Shown here: in pieces, positions 61,365-64,000 of the stretch | Position numbering within the stretch: the stretch's first letter is position 1 | Layout: the number at the start of each line of letters is the position of its first letter | From: an uncultured Actinomycetes bacterium | GTDB lineage: Bacteria > Actinomycetota > UBA4738 > HRBIN12 | Assembly (NCBI GenBank): GCA_963704885.1 | Contig: CAVPIB010000007.1 | Location: 211,266 to 275,265 of the forward strand | DNA length: 64,000 nt | Direction: 5' to 3' | The notes under the pieces: model-generated | The model's input: only the letters and a program-made list of their open reading frames with translations | Told to the model about the DNA's origin: nothing | The model's database searches: none | Position numbers and translations under genes: made by a program

Positions 61365-61838
61365 ATGCCGTACCTCCAACATGGTCGGGACTGGACCATG
61401 ACCCGCGATGCGATCGTTCGTCTCTCGGCTCGCCTCGGCCACCGGTTCACGTACGGCGACCTGAATACGGAACTCGAAGGGCATGACGGCGTCAAGATCG
61501 ATGGACGCGGTTACGCGGGCGCGCTCGAGGCGGTCGCTCAGCACCTCCGGAGTTCCGAGCCGCTCTGGACCACGATGGTCGTCAACGCCGATACAGAACT
61601 GCCCGGGGACGGGCTATGGAAGGCCAACCCGAACGATCGCCGATATGCGGACGCGGCACGCCTGTCGGACGCGGGCCGCGCGGCCTGGCTCGAGATCCAG
61701 CGCGCCTGGTGCATCGCGGCGGCACGGGTTGCGGAGTCGCCACTCGATCAGGACCTACGGGCTGCCGAGGCTGACGCTCACGAGGTTGCCGCGACCGCGT
61801 TGGTTGACTTGATGCTCATCGACCAGCGACGCGGGTAG
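61365..61838 (+). CDS. Hypothetical protein with winged-helix/ATL-like motif pattern
   Basis: TYGDL...GALEAV...EPLWTTMVVN..T..PGDG; first gene of a tight operon. Confidence 0.65.
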   Translation: MPYLQHGRDWTMTRDAIVRLSARLGHRFTYGDLNTELEGHDGVKIDGRGYAGALEAVAQHLRSSEPLWTTMVVNADTELPGDGLWKANPNDRRYADAARLSDAGRAAWLEIQRAWCIAAARVAESPLDQDLRAAEADAHEVAATALVDLMLIDQRRG

Positions 61839-61845
61839 AGCGAAC

Positions 61846-63041
61846 ATGCGGGTAGGACTGGTCGGATGTACGAAGTCGAAGCGGGCTGTCGCTTCGCCTG
61901 CTCGTGACCTCTACGATCCGTCGACGCTGTTCCGAGGGCGGCGCGCATACGTCGAGCGGACCTGCGACCGGTGGTTCATCCTCTCCGCGCTCTACGGGCT
62001 CATCGATCCTGATGACGTGATCGAGCCGTACGACGTCGCGTTGAAGACGGCGTCGACTGCCGAACGCCGAGCCTGGAGTCGCGGCGTCCTCGAGTCCCTG
62101 CGGACGGAACTCGGCGACCTGCGAGGGCATCGAGTTCGAGTGTCACGCTGGGTCCGAGTACTTGAACTTCGGGGTCGTCGATGGGCTCCAGGCGCTCGGC
62201 GCCACGGTCACCGTTCCCACCGAAGGGCTCTCGTTCGGCCGGCAGCTCGCCTTCTACTCGAACTCCACGGTCGTTCCTCCGCGCTCCGAAGCGACTCCGG
62301 CATCAAGCCGCAGCGCAGATCCCGCCCAGACCGGATGTCGACACGCTGCCGCCGGGTCCGACGCCGAAGCTCGACCCGACGGAGGTCGTGGCGGCGCTGC
62401 TCGCGTTCGGGCGAGTCACTCGACGCTGACACGCTCGTGGCGATCGGGCCGGACCCGGAGTCCGACGAGCTCATCCGGACGGACGGGTTCGCGTTCCTGG
62501 TCGCCGTGATCTTCGACCAGGGCATCAAGTACGAGCGCGCGTGGCGAGCTCCGTACGAGCTGAAGCAGCGACTCGGCTACCTGGACCCGGCGCGGATCGT
62601 CGCCGACCCGGAGGCCGTGCGCCGTGCCGTCGCGTCCCCTCCGGCCCTGCACCGCTGACGTGAACAACCTGCCCTCGTGGATCGTGGCGGCCGCGCGGCG
62701 CGTGCTCGACGAGTACGGCGGGGACGCGGAGCGGATCTGGAACGACGACCCCACCGCCGAGGATCCTCCGGCGGCGGCTCGAGCGCTTCCAGGGGATCGG
62801 ACAGAAGAAGGCGGCGATGGCGGTCGAGATCCTCGAGCGCCAACGAGGGACCGCGATCCGTCACCTGGAGGGAAGCGACATCGCGTTCGACGTGCACGTG
62901 CGGAGGGTGTTCCTGCGAACCGGCATCGCGGAACGAGACGACCAGCAGCACATGGTCGAGGCGGCACGTCGGTTGCATCCGGACCGACCGGGCGGTCCCA
63001 GATTCCTTGTTGAACTTGCCTTGGCCGACCTGAGGCGCTAG
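61846..63041 (+). CDS. DUF6884-like domain fused to HhH-GPD (endonuclease III-like) glycosylase domain, several frameshifts
   Basis: GCTKSK..PARDLY..LF..WFILSALYGL..IEPYD; FAFLVAVIFDQG, FQGIGQKKA (HhH), DVHVRRVFLRTG. Confidence 0.8.
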
Positions 63042-63051
63042 GTATGCGGCC

Positions 63052-63959
63052 GTGCGGGCGTTCGTCGCGGTCACCGACAACGAGTGGTTCAGGAAGCTGG
63101 CGGAGCTCGCGCCGGATGACGAGGTCAACTTCTGGCAGCCTCGACCGCACTCGTTGAAGGTCCTCAGGCCCGGTGAGCCGCTCCTGTTCAAGCTTCATCA
63201 TCCAGAGAACTTCATCGTGGGCGGTGGGTTCTTCGCGCGGTACGAGGCCTACCCGTGCGGGTGGGCTTGGGAGGCGTTCGGTCTGCGGAACGGCGCCTCC
63301 TCGCTCCGGGAGATGGTCCAGCGGATCGGGCATTATCGCCGGGAGGTCGCGACCGAGGCCACCGAGGTGGGCTGCATCATGCTCGAGCAGCCCTTCTTCT
63401 TCCCTCGAGCTGATTGGATCCCGGCACCATCCGACTTCGCGAAGAACATCGTGACGGGCAAGAGCTACGACCTGCGCGAACGAGGGGAGCTCTGGGAGGC
63501 GGTTCAGATGCGTCTACTGGACCTCGGGACCATCGACCTGCCGCGCGCCGACTCGGACGTGACGTTCACGGAACGGTGGGTGCGAGAGCGTCAAGGACAG
63601 GGGACGTTCAAGGCGATGGTTACCGGCGCGTACGCGCGTCGTTGCGCGCTCACGGGCGAGAGGATCTTGCCCGTCCTGCAGGCGGCTCACATCCGGCCGG
63701 TCACCCAGGGAGGTCAGCACCGAGTCGATAACGGACTACTGCTCCGTTCCGACGTGCACACGCTCTTCGACAGGGGGTACCTCTCGCTCGCCCCGAACTG
63801 ACACTCATGGTCAGTGACCGTTTGCGCGATGAGTTCGAGAACGGCGCCTTCTACTACGACATGGCCGGTCGTGAGATCCGTCTACCTGAGCAGGCCGATG
63901 ACCGACCCGATCCGGATCTCCTTGAGTGGCACCGCGACGTCGTCTTCAAGGCCTCATGA
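63052..63959 (+). CDS. HNH endonuclease (predicted restriction endonuclease) with PUA-like N-terminal domain; 1-bp frameshift near 63798
   Basis: VAVTDNEWF, EVNFWQP, GEPLLFKL, IVGGGFF; RQGQGTF, CALTG, AAHIRP, NGLLLRSDVHTLFDRG, LEWH. Confidence 0.9.
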
Positions 63960-64000
63960 TCGCTAAGGGCGCGCTGGACCGCCGAGGACCAGCTCATCTC

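Noticed and set aside
254-63731. Many long Arg/Pro/Ala-rich alternative-frame and antisense ORFs (e.g. 10119-11582, 36868-38079, 38607-40016, 43272-44801)
   Set aside because: Shadow ORFs expected at this GC content; each overlaps a better-supported gene.
1-64000. CRISPR array, tRNA/rRNA, integrase, transposase or integron attC array
   Set aside because: No regularly spaced repeats, RNA-gene signatures or recombinase motifs were seen; intergenic segments in the TA/defence region share no common repeat.

Overview
High-GC window, most likely from an Actinomycetota genome (F420-dependent reductase, actinobacterial LexA box and SigH/SigR-type promoter, many apparently leaderless genes). Scattered single-base frameshifts suggest an error-prone long-read assembly. 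No rRNA, tRNA, CRISPR array, integrase or transposase was recognised. Layout: 1-7.3 kb ion-transport/stress genes (Na+/Ca2+ exchanger, pntA remnant, two membrane-anchored USPs, P-type ATPase, uncharacterised three-gene membrane module); 7.6-11.4 kb exported proteins including cupredoxin and DUF2330 with a duplicated promoter and signal peptide; 11.4-25.5 kb catabolic island (PotABCD-like ABC transporter, GS-like ligase, SDR, PLP aldolase, apionate-lactonase-like, FadR, E1 alpha/beta, split transketolase) with a shared operator-like motif and a decayed right half; 25.6-49.6 kb mixed genes including a large cyclase-STAND-TPR-cNMP-unknown-domain protein next to an alarmone-hydrolase-like HD gene, tandem SulP genes and a SpoIID-M15 fusion; 49.7-64 kb toxin-antitoxin and defence-like island (three VapBC pairs, RES-Xre, VWA gene with a LexA box, DEDD, EEP and GIY-YIG nucleases, and a wHTH / DUF6884-HhH-GPD / HNH operon). 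Best candidates for new biology: the terminal operon (possible modified-base reading, excision and restriction system), the multidomain cyclase, and a ~250-nt candidate ncRNA at 51.65-51.91 kb. All family calls come from motif recognition by eye, not database searches.
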